A stretch of 64,000 bases of DNA from Rhynchobatus australiae (taxonomy: Eukaryota): contig JAUZTB010000027.1 of the NCBI GenBank assembly GCA_034780895.1, forward strand, positions 19,425,324 through 19,489,323. Reading direction: 5' to 3'. Within the stretch, counting starts at the first letter, position 1. Each line of letters opens with the position of its first letter. A program made the translations under genes and the position numbers. Positions 1 through 13,249 of this stretch are shown here, piece by piece. The notes beneath the pieces are model-generated. The model made no database searches, was not told where the DNA came from, and saw only the letters and a list, made by a program, of their open reading frames with translations.

Positions 1-138
1 TACTATGCCTTAGTTAATAAGACACTGACAGAAATGCTGCACTTGCTTTCAGGTTTTTTGTCTGCTTTTAAACATCACCCCGATCCTAGTGCTTCACTGA
101 TTTAAAATCCAGTTTTTGGTCTACCTGCTTTCTCTGAA

Positions 139-169
139 TGACTGGTTATGACTGGTTTTGACTGGTTAT
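139..169. repeat. Short tandem repeat, 10-bp unit (TGACTGGTTW) x3
   Basis: tgactggtta tgactggttt tgactggtta t read directly. Confidence 0.85.
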
Positions 170-224
170 CTATTTAAGCAAAGTCTAAAGGAATAGTCAA
201 GTGAAGTGTATAGGTGAAATGCAC

Positions 225-995
225 TAACAATTTATATAAATGACTCGAATGAAGACACCTGAAATATGCTCATTGATGAAACAAAGGTCAGGTGGAAAGT
301 AAGTTGTGAAGGGGACATAAAGAGGTTACAGTGGGAATTGTATAGGTTAAGTGAGTGGGAAAAGATCTACCAGATTGAATGTAATGTGCAAAGCATGTAA
401 TTGTTCATTTTGGCAAGAAAAATAAACAAAAGAAGCACATTATTTAAAAAGGTGAGAACTTGCACAGCTGTGAAATTGGTGAGACCATATTTGGACTACT
501 GTTTACAATGTTGGTTTACTTTTTCAAGAAAGATTGTTAATAGATTAGGAGCAGTTTTGAGGCTTACTTAATTGATGAGAAAGTTTCCTTACAAGGAAGA
601 GTTGGAGTGGCAAGACCCATATTCACTATGGTTTAGAAAAGTAAGGGAACTCAGTTGAAACATATAACATCCTGAGGAGTCTCCACAGGGTTATCTGGAG
701 AGGATGCTTCCTCTTGTGGGAGAATCTAGAACGAGGGGTCTCTTTTAAAAACAAATGATTGTCTATTTAAGGAATTTATTCTCTCAGTGAGTCCTGAGTG
801 GAACCCTCTTCCTCAAAGAGCAGTGGAAACAAAGCTTTTGTATAGTTTTTAAGGCAGAGTTAGATAGATTCTGATCAGCAAGGGGCTGAATGGTTGGTGC
901 AGGGAGACAGGAATACAGAGTTGAGGTTACAGTCAAATCAGCCATAATCTTTCTGAAACGTGGGACATATTTGAGGGGCCAGGTGGTCTACTAAT
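225..995 (+). mobile_element. Decayed CR1-type LINE, RT C-terminus and 3' UTR
   Basis: Broken translation gives IYIND..DETKV..KVSCEGDIKRLQWELYRLSEWEKI...HFGKKN, then VRPYLDYC-like sequence and a CR1-type 3' UTR (tcagccataatct...ggccaggtggtctact). Confidence 0.85.
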
Positions 996-2374
996 TTGGA
1001 GATCTATATGTAAAGTTATTATTGCTGAAAAAAAATTAGGATTATAAATAATCTGTATCATTAAATATTTAATTGGTCGTAATATAGTTTACCTTTAATG
1101 GCTTCAATAGTCTTCCCTGATTACTAAAGCAGACACACATGCATCAGCTGACTTTTGGTTGGTAAATAGCAATTATAACACCACTGCCACTTTGTGGTTA
1201 TGTTTTACAGGAAACACTGGGAATTTAATGTTAACGTATCAGCAAATGTGAAATGATCTGCAGGCACAACCTCTGATTATTTGGATTAATCATCTGTAAC
1301 AGCTCACAGTTTAGCCTCTCTAAATTTTATTCATAGAAAATCACTGCTGTGTTGGTGAAAAAAATTCTTGTAAGTCTAAGATATCTTCAAAATCTAGTTA
1401 TTCTTGCAAGACTTCTGTCATCAGGAAGAATTTGAAAAGCCTCTTGTAGAATGAGCTCTGCACAGAACTAGGACAGCAGCAAGATGGATTACTTGTTTTC
1501 AGCCCATTCTGGATACTCTGTAGTAGTTTTAACAAATGCATATGCATGCCGTTATCAATGTATTGCAGGGCAAGGTATCGGGGTGGATTGGGTGATATAA
1601 TTTTCAAGAACTTTTTATTCTAAGCAACGTGTAACAATTTTGTCAACTGTTGAAGTGACTTTTTCTCAAAAGTGGAGAAAAGGAGGAATCCTTCCTTGAA
1701 ATACATTAATGTTGTATATCACCCTTCGAAGGAAAGAGATATGTTGACAAAATGTTTGTGCAGTGTACCATTAGCAATATGGCTGAGTTAACACCTGAAG
1801 CAGGAAACATTGGCCCCAATTCCTGTTCTGAACTTTACAGCAAGACCTAAGTGACATTTTTCCCTGAGGAAGGGAGTCAGAACTCATCATGTGGGTATGG
1901 AATATATGCTGACAATTGGTGATTTTGTCCTTCTGTGCTTCAGCACATATCCAGGGATCCAGGGAGTCTGGGACACCACCTAAAATATATAATTCCATAA
2001 GGTCATTTTACAGTCCATTGTCTGAGTAGTGCAGGTTGCGAGTAATCACTCTTCTGGCTTAGGCATAACCTAAGACACATGATCAATTGGGCTTGGTGTG
2101 CCTTTGCTGTGTTGAAATCTACTTTGGAGATCCAAATTCAAATCTCAGTATTAATGGCTAATTATATGCTGCTTTCGTTATGGAGGTAGCATTTATAAAA
2201 GGGAGAGCATTTCCCTTTACATACAAATCTTCTTTAAGATTGGACTGACCTAGAATTTTTATGGCAGTATAGAAAACGTTATAAGTAACCAATAATATTA
2301 CATTGCAAATATAAAGACATAGAATAATTGCCTATGGCATTACTTTTTAATATTAGCACATTCATATTTATTTA

Positions 2375-2560
2375 GTAGGATGTTGTCCCAAGGCACAGGC
2401 AGAAGAATAATTGGATAAAAGTTGACACTGAGCCAGAGATAGTAATATTAGAAATGGTGATGTGAAGTTTGGTCTGAGGCAGTTTTTAAGGGTTATCTTT
2501 AAGGAGAAAGCGATTGAAAAGCTGAGGGAGGGAGTGCCAGAGCTGAAGACATTATCATGA
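2375..2560 (-). mobile_element. Decayed L2-type LINE 3' fragment
   Basis: Resembles the reverse complement of L2 3' ends (gtttttaagggttatctttaaggag...gggagggagtgccagagct); recognised by eye. Confidence 0.5.
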
Positions 2561-4397
2561 AGAAATAGCTATTGAAGTAGTAGTTCTGCAAAATCAGATG
2601 GCTGATAAATGAAGACCTTTATACGTATGTTTTATTACTCTTGCAGAATGTATACTGCAAATATGAGAATTTTGTACACATGATATTTTGAAAATCACGG
2701 CAAAATTCTCTTTTTTTAAGGAATTACTTATATTTTCTAAATTTTGTAACCATACTGAACTGTGCAACATTAACATTGACCACAGCAGTCTGAAAACTTG
2801 CCTGAGTGAATGCCAATACCACTCCAATGCTGCATGGTAATAATGTCCTATCATTACCCATGTTTTACTCATGGAATGCCATTTTAGATAGCAATAGGCT
2901 CCCGTGAATAAAAGTGAGGACTTCAAGGAGAGAAAATGTGTTTAAATGTTTGCTCTAATTTTGTGTCATGAATGTTTCATTATGTTGCAGTGAAATTCAG
3001 GTCAAAAATATTGCCAGGAAGCACTTCCAATTTATAATGAGTTCCAAGGTCACTATCTGTTACTGTTTCGTAGAGATAAGATTGCAGTAGTGAAGGTATA
3101 GATTTGATCAACAGTACTGATGAGTTTGTATTTTGCACAAAAATGGCATTAGCACACTTGTGCCCATTTAGCAGATATAGTCCACTGCAAACATTTTTTT
3201 CTGTTGACATGTCGTGAGTCATTGTATAATTAATGGAATAGGGGTATAGGGTAGACTCGCTTTAGAACAAATGTAAGCGTACATTGATCTATTCTGGTGA
3301 AAGTGAGAGCAGTAACGTTAATGTGTGGTTTGATCACAAAAGATGGTATCTTTAAATGCTCACACTCAAGGTTCAAATGTGCTGTATTTAATAGATTCTT
3401 TTGTGGATAAGCCTTTAAAGTCTCGTTTAGGTTTAAAAGTCGGGAGTAAGCTCTCTGTAATACCCCAGAGCCAAAATCAATGAGCAGGATAATTCTACTG
3501 CTTGTAATACACATCCTTTCATGCATTTATACCCCTATCACTACCCTAAAAGGAAAAGCACTCTGTTTACAATGCAGCAAGAATGGGGTTGAACTGAATC
3601 TTCTAACTTTGCTATCTTGAAGAAAGATTTGCTTTACAAAATGAATGCACCCTTTCATTATTAAGTGATCTTTTGACATTTTGTAACTGACTATTGCATA
3701 ATAACAGGCTTAACATTGGATAACCATTTTCAAGTTGCATACTGATGAGCAATTGTCTACTTTTTAAATATATTAAAACAATGCTGAAATGTTAACCATG
3801 TTGAAATAACCCTGAAATTCTGCTAGATGTACTGTCTTGAGGGGTGCATATAAGCCATATTAGTCTCCCATATTTTAGTAGCCCAAGTTTAATGACCATT
3901 ACAAAAGATGTTTATATCTTGGCAGTATTGTATTTAAGTAACATTACAGGAGGAGTTTTAAGTCATTTTGTTTACATAGTAGAGGTACAGACTTTTCAGT
4001 AGAAGTCTTCATTAATGTCAGGAATGCAGAGCAAGCAGTTTGGTTACAGAGTCAGAGGCCAACAACCATTAGTATCTGTCAGGGAGCACAGAGAAGGCCC
4101 TGTTGCTGGCTTTATACAGGGTGTGAATGATAGCAGGCCTTGGAATAATGTGAAAACAAATACATGCATCTAGTGTGCAAAACCTTGACCGAAATGACCT
4201 TTTTGCACAACCACAAAGAGTTTGTAAAGTCCAACCAATGCATTGCAATCTTCGGCCGTGTTAATTTATCACAGTATTTGAAGAATAAATGTAAGGCCTT
4301 CTTCACATTCAGTGGAAAGTGAAAATGAGACTCTTAAATAAGATCAAAGTGTTAATCCCACAGTTACTTTTTCCCTTCTTTCTTTGGTGTTCCTTAG

Positions 4398-4510
4398 GTT
4401 AAAATGAATGACACGATGTGTCCTGTTTCCCAGCTGCACTCTGACCAAGTTTGTGACGGGATGTAGAGCTCTGTTCCGTGCAATGCTACCTAACCATTAA
4501 ACAGAATTGT
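4398..4510 (+). other. Candidate non-coding or poison exon (113 nt)
   Basis: Long pyrimidine tract ending ttccttag|G; donor TGT|gtaagg; stop codons in all three frames. Confidence 0.25.
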
Positions 4511-7294
4511 GTAAGGACTGAACTGTAGCTGTTCCTTCACAAACATAGTTAATCTTTTTTTTATAGTTATGGTGCTCATGTGTCAGTGACTGAGTTCTGC
4601 TCACTTGCTAACATGTGAAGGATGCAATTCTCTTACTTCTTTTAAATACATTGCAAATTATCAATCTGTCTGAGCATGTATAATTAAGATATTAAAAGTA
4701 CTGAATTCTTGGGCTATGTTTTACATTATTGATTTTTAACCAATAAAAATGAAGATAAATTAACAATTAAAGCTGCCAGTTGACCATGGGAGAGGGGAAA
4801 TAACCTTCAATCTTTTAACTGTAAATTGTTAGAGAAAAAATGGCCTACTCAGTAAGAGATGTAAGTGCTCCAGAAGAAAAAGGAGTTAGCATTAGTTGTG
4901 TTGGATTACAGCATTATTGTGATGTCAATAATGTTCTATTGAGTAGACAAAAAAACCAGGATAGCTCAAGTAAATACTTTGTACATTGTAGATTCTTATT
5001 GAGAAGCCAATAGTAATTTGGATTTTCACAGTTTGGATCAAATGAACATCCACTGATTCCGGCCTATTTGATGTAGAATGACGCTGATGACATTTGGGGA
5101 AGGGCATTTCTTCTTCTCTTGGGAGGCATATAAGCCTGTTGCCTTATTATTTATTGCTATTGTTTTATTTAATTCAAATACACACAGTAAATGATTGAGA
5201 TACACCAGAGTTTATCAATATCTGGGAANNNNNNNNNNNNNNNNNNNNNNNNNNNNNNNNNNNNNNNNNNNNNNNNNNNNNNCTTTTTGTTTCCTTTTTT
5301 TGCGAGAATTGCAGTGCAGTTTCAATGCTTCATATATTTATTTCAGACCTTCAGCTTTTGTGTCAGTGTTTCCATTTATTTCCTGGTAGTTCAGCAAAGT
5401 TATTTATTCTAATTCCACACACATTTTTCTTTTTCTCCTCTCAGCTTCAAACCAATTGAGCAATAGGGAGATTTGCTCCCAGGTCTCAGTGGATGTCTGA
5501 TGAGTCAAATGCCAGTGGATGGGTGCAGACGATCTGAGCTTGTGCTCTTTTCCTGATTGCATTTCATGTCACTCTCCCTGTTGTATTTCCCCAGGCCACT
5601 TGGGCATTACATCTGTGGGGAAATGCAAGTTACTATTTAATTTAGGTCAAATGGATTTGCGGCTGCTGATTAATTTACTTACTTTTTTCAGTGCTTCATG
5701 TACCTGTTTTGGGACATGAAAATCCCAAGGAAAGAAAGGAAGCATGTGTGGAATCTGCTCTGCTGGATTATGTGCTGTGTGTGATGATTTTGAAAAGAAT
5801 CAGTGGTTATGAATTTAGCCATTTCTGCTACTCATTGCCAGGAAAGAGGCTAAGTGTGAACGCCCCTCTCCCCTTGGGAAGCTGATATATCACTGATGAT
5901 TTTGGAAAGATTAGATAGAGGCCACACAACCAATAGTCATACCTTCAAAATTAATGAAGTGCTGCTTGTGATGCTGGGATCTTTTGTCTCCTAAATGCTC
6001 ATGGAGCCATTCATTCTGTGTTGCCAAATAATGTCCTTGAAACTAATTTCATGTTTAGTAAAAAGATTACATTAAGCTAGACAGTCTTTTCCAAGCATTG
6101 CACCAATCTAATTTTCATTTTGATGATAATGATAAATGACCTGCATTTTGTATGAAATATCAGCCATAATACACTATTATAACATATGACTGGATTNNNN
6201 NNNNNNCTGAGAGATGTATGCAGATATACATTTTCAAATCTGAAATATCAGTGTTGTAATCCTGATTTCTCTCTGATGTTTGAAGGCCTCCACAATCAAC
6301 AAATTTACCCTTTAGTTTACAAACTTTTTTCTGCATGGTGTTGACCGACAGACACAGTTATATTCTTAAGAGAAATTCTCAATTACTTGTTTAGCAAATA
6401 GCTTTTGGAATTTGCCTTTATATTTTGTGATCATAAGTGCAACCTGCATTTAAATAATATCATGTGCCTTAAGCTTGGAGAACACCTTGGTCTCATCCGT
6501 ACATAAGAAAGCTTTCCAATTTCATACAAACCAAATACCTTGTGTCCAATGTAACAAGGATCATTTCATTTATGTCAGATTTGTTTTTAAATTGCAGCAA
6601 AGCTTTCTATGACCTCACTGGGTATTGTTCCTGTTGTTAAATATACTCTTTTACCAATTACACAACAATAAAAAAACTACCCCAAAACATAGAATTGGAT
6701 TTTGTCTACTTTCGCCTTTGTCATGCAGCAGGTTTTGTTTTTGCCCTGTGTGTTCCGCCCAAAGATGAAGATTAAATAAAGCAACAACTGAGATGATTGG
6801 AGTAAAAATTAGCACTAACCATCCAATAGTCTGTGCATTTATTTCAATTTTTAATTGTAATGCCCTCTCATCTGAAATGCAAACATTACAAACTTAAACT
6901 GCGATATCTTGAAAAGTGTCATCTTAATCCACTAGGGTCACTTTTAGTTACTCTTGAGATTGTGGTCAACGCAGGCTCATTTGTAGTAAAACCCATGAAG
7001 AATTGTCTTAACACATTGTGGAGGTCTTTAACTCTTTCTGATCCCAGGCTAGTTCCCCACAGCTTCTCTCCTCCAGATCAGCTGCTTGCTACAATGCTAT
7101 CTTATTTGCAAGGATGCAGTGGGGACTAATGTTTGGGAAAGAATGCTGTACCTTTATTCTTTCTCCGCCAAGTGAATAAAAGTTACTGTCAAATCTTAAT
7201 ATATTTTATGGTTTCAGAATCTCTTTATACATAAACATTCATTAGTCAGGGAAAAATATTTCTTTTCCTAATCTGCTCAGCAATATTACGATTA

Positions 7295-7720
7295 CTGAAA
7301 TATGCAGAATGTACTGAAAATACTTAGCAGGTCAGGCAGGAACTGGGAAGAAACAAATAGTTTCAGATCTGTGACCTTCCATCAGAACATGAAAAAGTTA
7401 GATAAATACTGTTTCAACCTTTTAAGACACAGCAAAAGGAGGTGGAAAGAAAAAAGTTGAAGGTGGGAGAGATAGTGTGCACGGCAGAAGATGGTCATCC
7501 CTTTTATCACTTAATGTCTCCTGTCTTAAACCCTGTTACACCCCTTCCCCTTTGTTCTTTCCTCCCTTTCCCTGCCCCTGTATCTTTAAAGCTTGTTCTC
7601 TCTCTAACTTTTTCCAATTTTGATGAAGAGATCTCAATCTGAAATATTAACTCTGTTTCTCCCTGCATGAATGCCACCTGGGCTGCTGAGTATCTCAAGT
7701 GTTTTCTGCTACTATTTTGG
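7295..7720. mobile_element. Penelope-derived non-autonomous element with inverted ends, each carrying a decayed hammerhead core
   Basis: Left end (gcagaatgtactgaaaatacttagcagg) matches the reverse complement of the right end (ctgctgagtatctcaagtgttttctgc); cores at 7361-7385 (-) and 7620-7644 (+). Confidence 0.75.
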
Positions 7721-9117
7721 TAATAAAACATACAATTTTTTTGATTGTTTGACACAAATGTTATGCAATAGTAATTGAATTCCTGTTAAAGGGTAAAATC
7801 CTTTTCTTGAATAGATTGTTTCAGTTCAATAATTTGTTCCTATTAACCATGTTACATGTATGGTACACAGACAGGCCTGCTCACTGTCTACTGTATTGTA
7901 CTTACTTTCTTTAGATATTGGATAGATTTTTCCAACCCCTCTCTGATACTTTCTGCTTGTTAAAAAGCAGAATTTTCTGAGGTTTAAATTACCTTGAAGA
8001 TACAATGACAAGCAGATTTTAGTTTCGAATATAAGATTGTATAGACGTTTTGTAAGCTTAGCCTGAGAGCTATTGGCATTACATGCCACGATAGACAGTT
8101 GGCTACAATCTGTGCCAGGTTGAAGAACTCCAATCACTGACAGATTTATGCTGATGAATCTTCAGATTTCTGAAACCAAGATTCCACTTCACTGGTACCC
8201 ACTATAAGTATAAGAGGATCAAATTTTGGGTCTAATTGCTTGAATGCACTTTTGCCCTCGATTGCATCAAAACCATGGCAAGGTCAACTTTTATTTGGCA
8301 TAGGGGAATTGGCTTTATCAGAGCTCTAATTTGTATCGTAAAACCTGTCACAAAGATCTTCTAAGAAAGACCACCTAGCCTTGGTCCCAACAGTAAAAAA
8401 ACAAGATAGGTTATGTAACAAGGTATCTTGACCAAGCCTGCATGATCCATTCAAAAGCAGAACACAGAACTGCACTTGCTCATTTTGAGACAAAGCAAAG
8501 GCTGGGCAATTGCCTAGAGTTATTCCAGGTAAACTCATTACTTGGTTAATTACAGATGAAACCACACAACTTTTCTTCTAGGAAACCAGTTTTAATGGGA
8601 AAGTGGCTTTGGTATAGAAAATAGTGAAGGTATCAATTGCAAATGGGAGCTTCTCAAAAGCATTGTTGTGAAGAAGGAAGAATTTTGGCTGAGTTTAACT
8701 TTAAAAGTATTTACCGTATGTGATTACCCATTCACTGTCAGTGTACATCTGATTGCAGAGATGCTGACACATTAGTAAGAAGTGTCATACTTTGCTGCAA
8801 TTTAATCCAAAATGTATCTGCATTCCTTGCTTTATTTCTGAGTTTTATATTGTATGTGTGAGCAGGGAAGCTACTAAATAACTGGAATGCTGTTAGTAGG
8901 ACAATAAGTACCCCTTGCACAAGGGGTAGTGCTTAGCAAGAGTTGGAGAGGTTCTTTGAGGGAAGGAAAGATAATATTTCACATGGCCTGTTAACATATA
9001 AGATATTGATGGCCAGCATCGCACCTTGATATATTGGGTTGATCTTTATTTTAAAACATTTCAAATTATGTCCTTTAAATTGTGCTGTTCTGAGCATCAT
9101 TAGCTCAAGCAATAGTG

Positions 9118-9172
9118 TTATGTCCCATCAAATGACTTAACAATATTATGTCCCATCAAATAACTTCACATA
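9118..9172. repeat. Tandem duplication, ~28-bp unit x2
   Basis: ttatgtcccatcaaatgacttaaca / ttatgtcccatcaaataacttcaca. Confidence 0.8.
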
Positions 9173-10763
9173 CTGTATGATATCGACCAAAGATCTCCTG
9201 AATTTTTTCCCCCATCAGCATCTGCCCAGTTCCCTCTTTGTCTTCTGCATAACTTCCTAATGTTATCTTTCTCTCTTTAAGTAGAGATGTGGAAATTCAG
9301 TTTTTAAACACAGAAAATAATGCTTTTCAAAATCACAGCAGTTTTCTTGTGAACTAGTATATTTCTAGGCCTATGTTTCTGGTTTGTGGCAAAGAACACA
9401 ACAGAAGAGGAAAACAAAGAAATAAGGAAGTGGAACTGAGCTCACAGTGAACATGCCTTCATCGATCCACAGAGCAACCAAAGGCCATGTGGTTAATCCA
9501 CTGAAAAACTTTCACTTCAGCCTCAGACAACCTGAAGGAGCCGAAAAGTTCTCCTTTTCATTCACCATATAGGATTTAAAATCCTATCAGCTAGAATTGC
9601 AAGAAGGTTGGCCACAGTTTCCCTCATATGATTTCCCTAAACCAATCTTTGTATTTACACAGGAGACTTGTTTTTCTGTGGAAAAAGATCTATTTTTAAC
9701 CTGTGAAAGACCATTTATTCCCCACTTTTGTAACTTGAACAGAAAGTCCATCAAATGAAGTAGAAATTACTATAATGTGATATATGTGCTATTGCAGTGT
9801 AAACTTTTGTCATTGTTATAATGTTGAAGAACAGAATTAAATCTTTTGTACCCATTTCTCACAGGCCATTGATCTAAGTTTGGCCAGTGAAATAGTCATT
9901 TAGATTTTCTGCCATAGAAGAGCAGTCACATATTTTGGCCTCCAAAATGAACAAATTTTGCAGCCAGTTTGTGTTGCTTGTTGCCAACCCTGCACTGTGG
10001 CACCAGCCGCGTATGTCTTTCTTTCTCTCTGGGCTCAGTGCTGGACCAAAGTTCTTTAAAGTCAACCATGATTCAGTCACTTCATGAAGTGACTGTCCTG
10101 CTTTAATGTTGCATGCAACTGTCCATCTCTCATTGCTGCCCCATGTACTGTTACTCATTTATTGTGCTTTATAATATATTCATTTCTAGGCTTTGAATCT
10201 CTGTGTCCAATTCAAAAATATAAAATAAGCTGTGTATCTTAAAATGAAATTATCTTGCCTCTTCTTTATGGGATGGAAGTTGCAGAAGTTAGAGTAGGTG
10301 GTCAGGAGCTGGTATTTATACTCTAGTCTGACACAAAAGTCGAGGTCTTAGCACTATTAGAAGTGCTTTTGCTAACCCATTGAATACATTTTCAAAACAT
10401 CCAAAAGGTTTCTCACATTCCCCTCAGAGTTATTTCTGTACAAAGGTACAGGAAAAGACTTCCTGAGTCATGTGCTGCACTGAAGTAGGCTCTATGCCAA
10501 ATCCTATTTTAGTCTGTGGTACAGGTTACAAGTACTCAGGTGCAACAAACATTGGCAAAGGGAAATGGGCCTAGGGCAAACAAAGGATAGGCAGAGAGCC
10601 ACTTCCATTCAGGTGATTGCTCAGCTCTCAATAGTAAATGAAACAAGCCTGAGGCCCATCTCATCTGACAGTTTAACACAGAAGCCAGTCCATAATCTAC
10701 TGATAAATAGAAAATACAAATGAAACTTTAAAATGTCTTGGTGTACTCAATGTTAGCGCCTGG

Positions 10764-10765
<2 letters not shown>

Positions 10766-10799
<34 letters not shown>

Positions 10800-10830
10800 A
10801 TCCGTACGTGTGTGTGTCTGTGTCCGTCTG
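10766..10830. repeat. (TG)n microsatellite with degenerate extension
   Basis: Direct reading. Confidence 0.95.
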
Positions 10831-11160
10831 TCATTCTAGCTATCTATCGATCTGTCTTTTGATCTTTTTACCTATTTATTTATTTAACTTTCTTTTCATG
10901 TTCTGATGTTGACATGTTACTCAGAGTCAAGAATTTGGACCTATTTGTTCCTGGTTTCTATGTGTAAATAATGCATGAGAAATGTTTTGTGTACGTTTGG
11001 AAATGTTTATGAGCTTATCCCGTTGAAGTCCCGTCCATTGAGAAATTGGACTGGGCACGTTCGATCTCACTTCACCAGGTTCAGGTGTGGTTTCTCCTTT
11101 GCATTTCACTCACTGGGACACTGATTTAACATTCTCTGACTCTGATGTATTCATTTTCAG

Positions 11161-11266
11161 ATGCTGCCCTTATGCATAGAGGCAGCACTGAAAAATATCG
11201 CGACATCGTTGTACTGTGAACTTCAGTGCAAATTGCTGCACTATATGCCTTTGATGATTAGCACAG
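11161..11266 (+). other. Candidate cassette exon (106 nt)
   Basis: ctgac branch-like motif, cattttcag|A acceptor, CAG|gtaatg donor; one open frame (MLPLCIEAALKNIATSLYCELQ...) with no recognised homology. Confidence 0.2.
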
Positions 11267-11715
11267 GTAATGACTGGGTCACTCCATAGCATGGGGCTGG
11301 GGATCTTATGAGAGTCCAGTTTGTCATTCTTTCCCACCCCCAGTTTACCCTTTCCAGTGATTTTCCCACCTTTTCTATTTTCCCCATTCCCTCCCAATTT
11401 TGTCCATTCCCCCCAGATACCCCACCTTTCCTCCACAGTGGTCTTGATGCTTTGAAATTTTACTGAGCTAAACGACTCCCCAGCAAACAGCTTGCAGATG
11501 ACATGGTGGCAGCAAAGTCTGTAGACAGCTGCTGGCTTCATATGTGCAGGTCACCTTTCAACACCTCCAGATGACAGAAAAGAAACAAAAGTGATCTCTT
11601 AAAGCAAGGATGTCCCAATTTTACAGGGGTCTTTTTGTGACTCCTAATTTGGTGCTTGGACATAATGGAGCACCTATTGAATGTACTAATAGAGAGTGTA
11701 AACAATTTCTCAGCA
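11185..11715. repeat. Unclassified interspersed repeat, copy A
   Basis: Core gatctcttaaagcaaggatgtcccaat (11593-11619) shared with 13559-13585 and 26172-26198; weak inverted termini. Confidence 0.5.
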
Positions 11716-12716
11716 TAGTGTTTAATAAGTCCTCACTGGCAAACCTTGATTGTTAGGGGAATCCTGTAGAACTAATACAGCTTCTGGAGTAGTCTTCAGA
11801 AGTTCCTTTCTGGTGTGGGATAACTGTAATTCATTAATATTCATTGCTCATTAAAATGTAAGTACAATGATGATTTACAGTCTGACCACATTTGTTAAAG
11901 TAAATTGAACAAGTATATTGGCTAAATAAGTCCCATCTACAGTAGAAATGACACTGGTATCTGTTGAATATTTTGTAGATTAATGAGAACTTCTGAAATA
12001 AAGTTAATTTTAACGAGAAATTTGTTTAATAGTGTTGGTTAAAACACAACATCATTCTAGCACTAAATCAAAGTACTCCTTTGGACTAAGGAAACGTCAG
12101 TTGCTGGTTTGATTACATGATATGTTTTTAAACTTGTGATATATTATCATTTTTACACTTGTCACTTCATATTGGTTTCATATGAACAATGCTGGGTATC
12201 TCTCAACCAGTGAATTGTTTGCATTCAAGTGATGCATCATTTGGTTTTGTTCAGTAGCCATCTTTATTTGAATTTTTTAAGAACCCTGCTGTCATTTCGA
12301 GCACTTACACAAAGTTGTGAATAAAAGTGATCTTTTTTAAAACAAGCTTAATTTAACTACATGGCAAATTGGTGTCAGAAGAAGTATTTCCCTCGATGTT
12401 GGCATTGAACTATTATTAACCTTGTATTGGCTACAGAAAGAAATTGAGAGATAATGTTGCATTAGGTACCATTTCGTTCATTTCATGAGTCTCTCATATT
12501 CATTGTACAGTTTGGTGTAAATTGTACTTAAAAGGCTTTAACATTTACAAAGTTGAGCAATATTTACCATCCGTTATGTTAGTTTAACTTTTCCAAGTGT
12601 GTTTTTATAAGTTGTAGAATGAACAGGTCAGTAATGGGATCATTTTTCTGTCATATCTTGTGCTAGGGTTGACGTTATCAATGTGACTGGCATGTGTTTC
12701 TGACTTCCCAACAGTA

Positions 12717-13031
12717 CAGGGCCTCCCCAGGTTATGAATGGCCTGGCTTATGAAAGTCTGACTTTATGAAAATTCCCTCATATACATTTTAAGCATTTTT
12801 CAAACTAGCAATAATAATAAAATGTTTCATACAGCATCCAGTCGATAATGAATGGCATATCTTCCATTAGTTTAATTATGGGTAGTGTTAGGGTAATTAT
12901 TAAATTACATTAAAGAATTATGTGGGATGATACGATGTGGTATCGAGAGAAAACAGATATTTCTGACATGGAAAAATTGGCTTATGGACAGTTCTTAGGG
13001 ACAGCACCCTTATGTAACCTGAAGACTGTTG
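12717..13031. mobile_element. Tc1/mariner (Tigger/pogo-like) MITE
   Basis: TA on both sides (12715-16, 13032-33); imperfect TIRs CAGGGCCTCCCCAGGTTATG and reverse complement CAACAGTCTTCAGGTTACA; subterminal cttatg repeats. Confidence 0.75.
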
Positions 13032-13249
13032 TAATTCAGTATGAAGGCGCACAACCTTTGTTGTTTACTTGTTATTGAACATGCAGCAAGTTGGGAGCTC
13101 TGCATGACTTAAAGGGTCCCTGCTGGACTGCTTTTATTTTCACTGACTCCCCAATGTTGATTTTAAGGTGCTGCCTTTTGCAGGCAGGCAGCATGAACGA
13201 AGCTCACAGCACCTGTGAATTAGATAGTACAGTCTGTGGTCATGTTGAA

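Noticed and set aside
5482-5536. Hammerhead-like GTC...CTGATGA-GTC...GAC-GA
   Set aside because: GAAA is replaced by GATC and no stem I can be formed
8151-8197. CTGATGA...GAAAC...GGTA hammerhead-like pattern
   Set aside because: Stem II is not flush with the core and stem I does not pair
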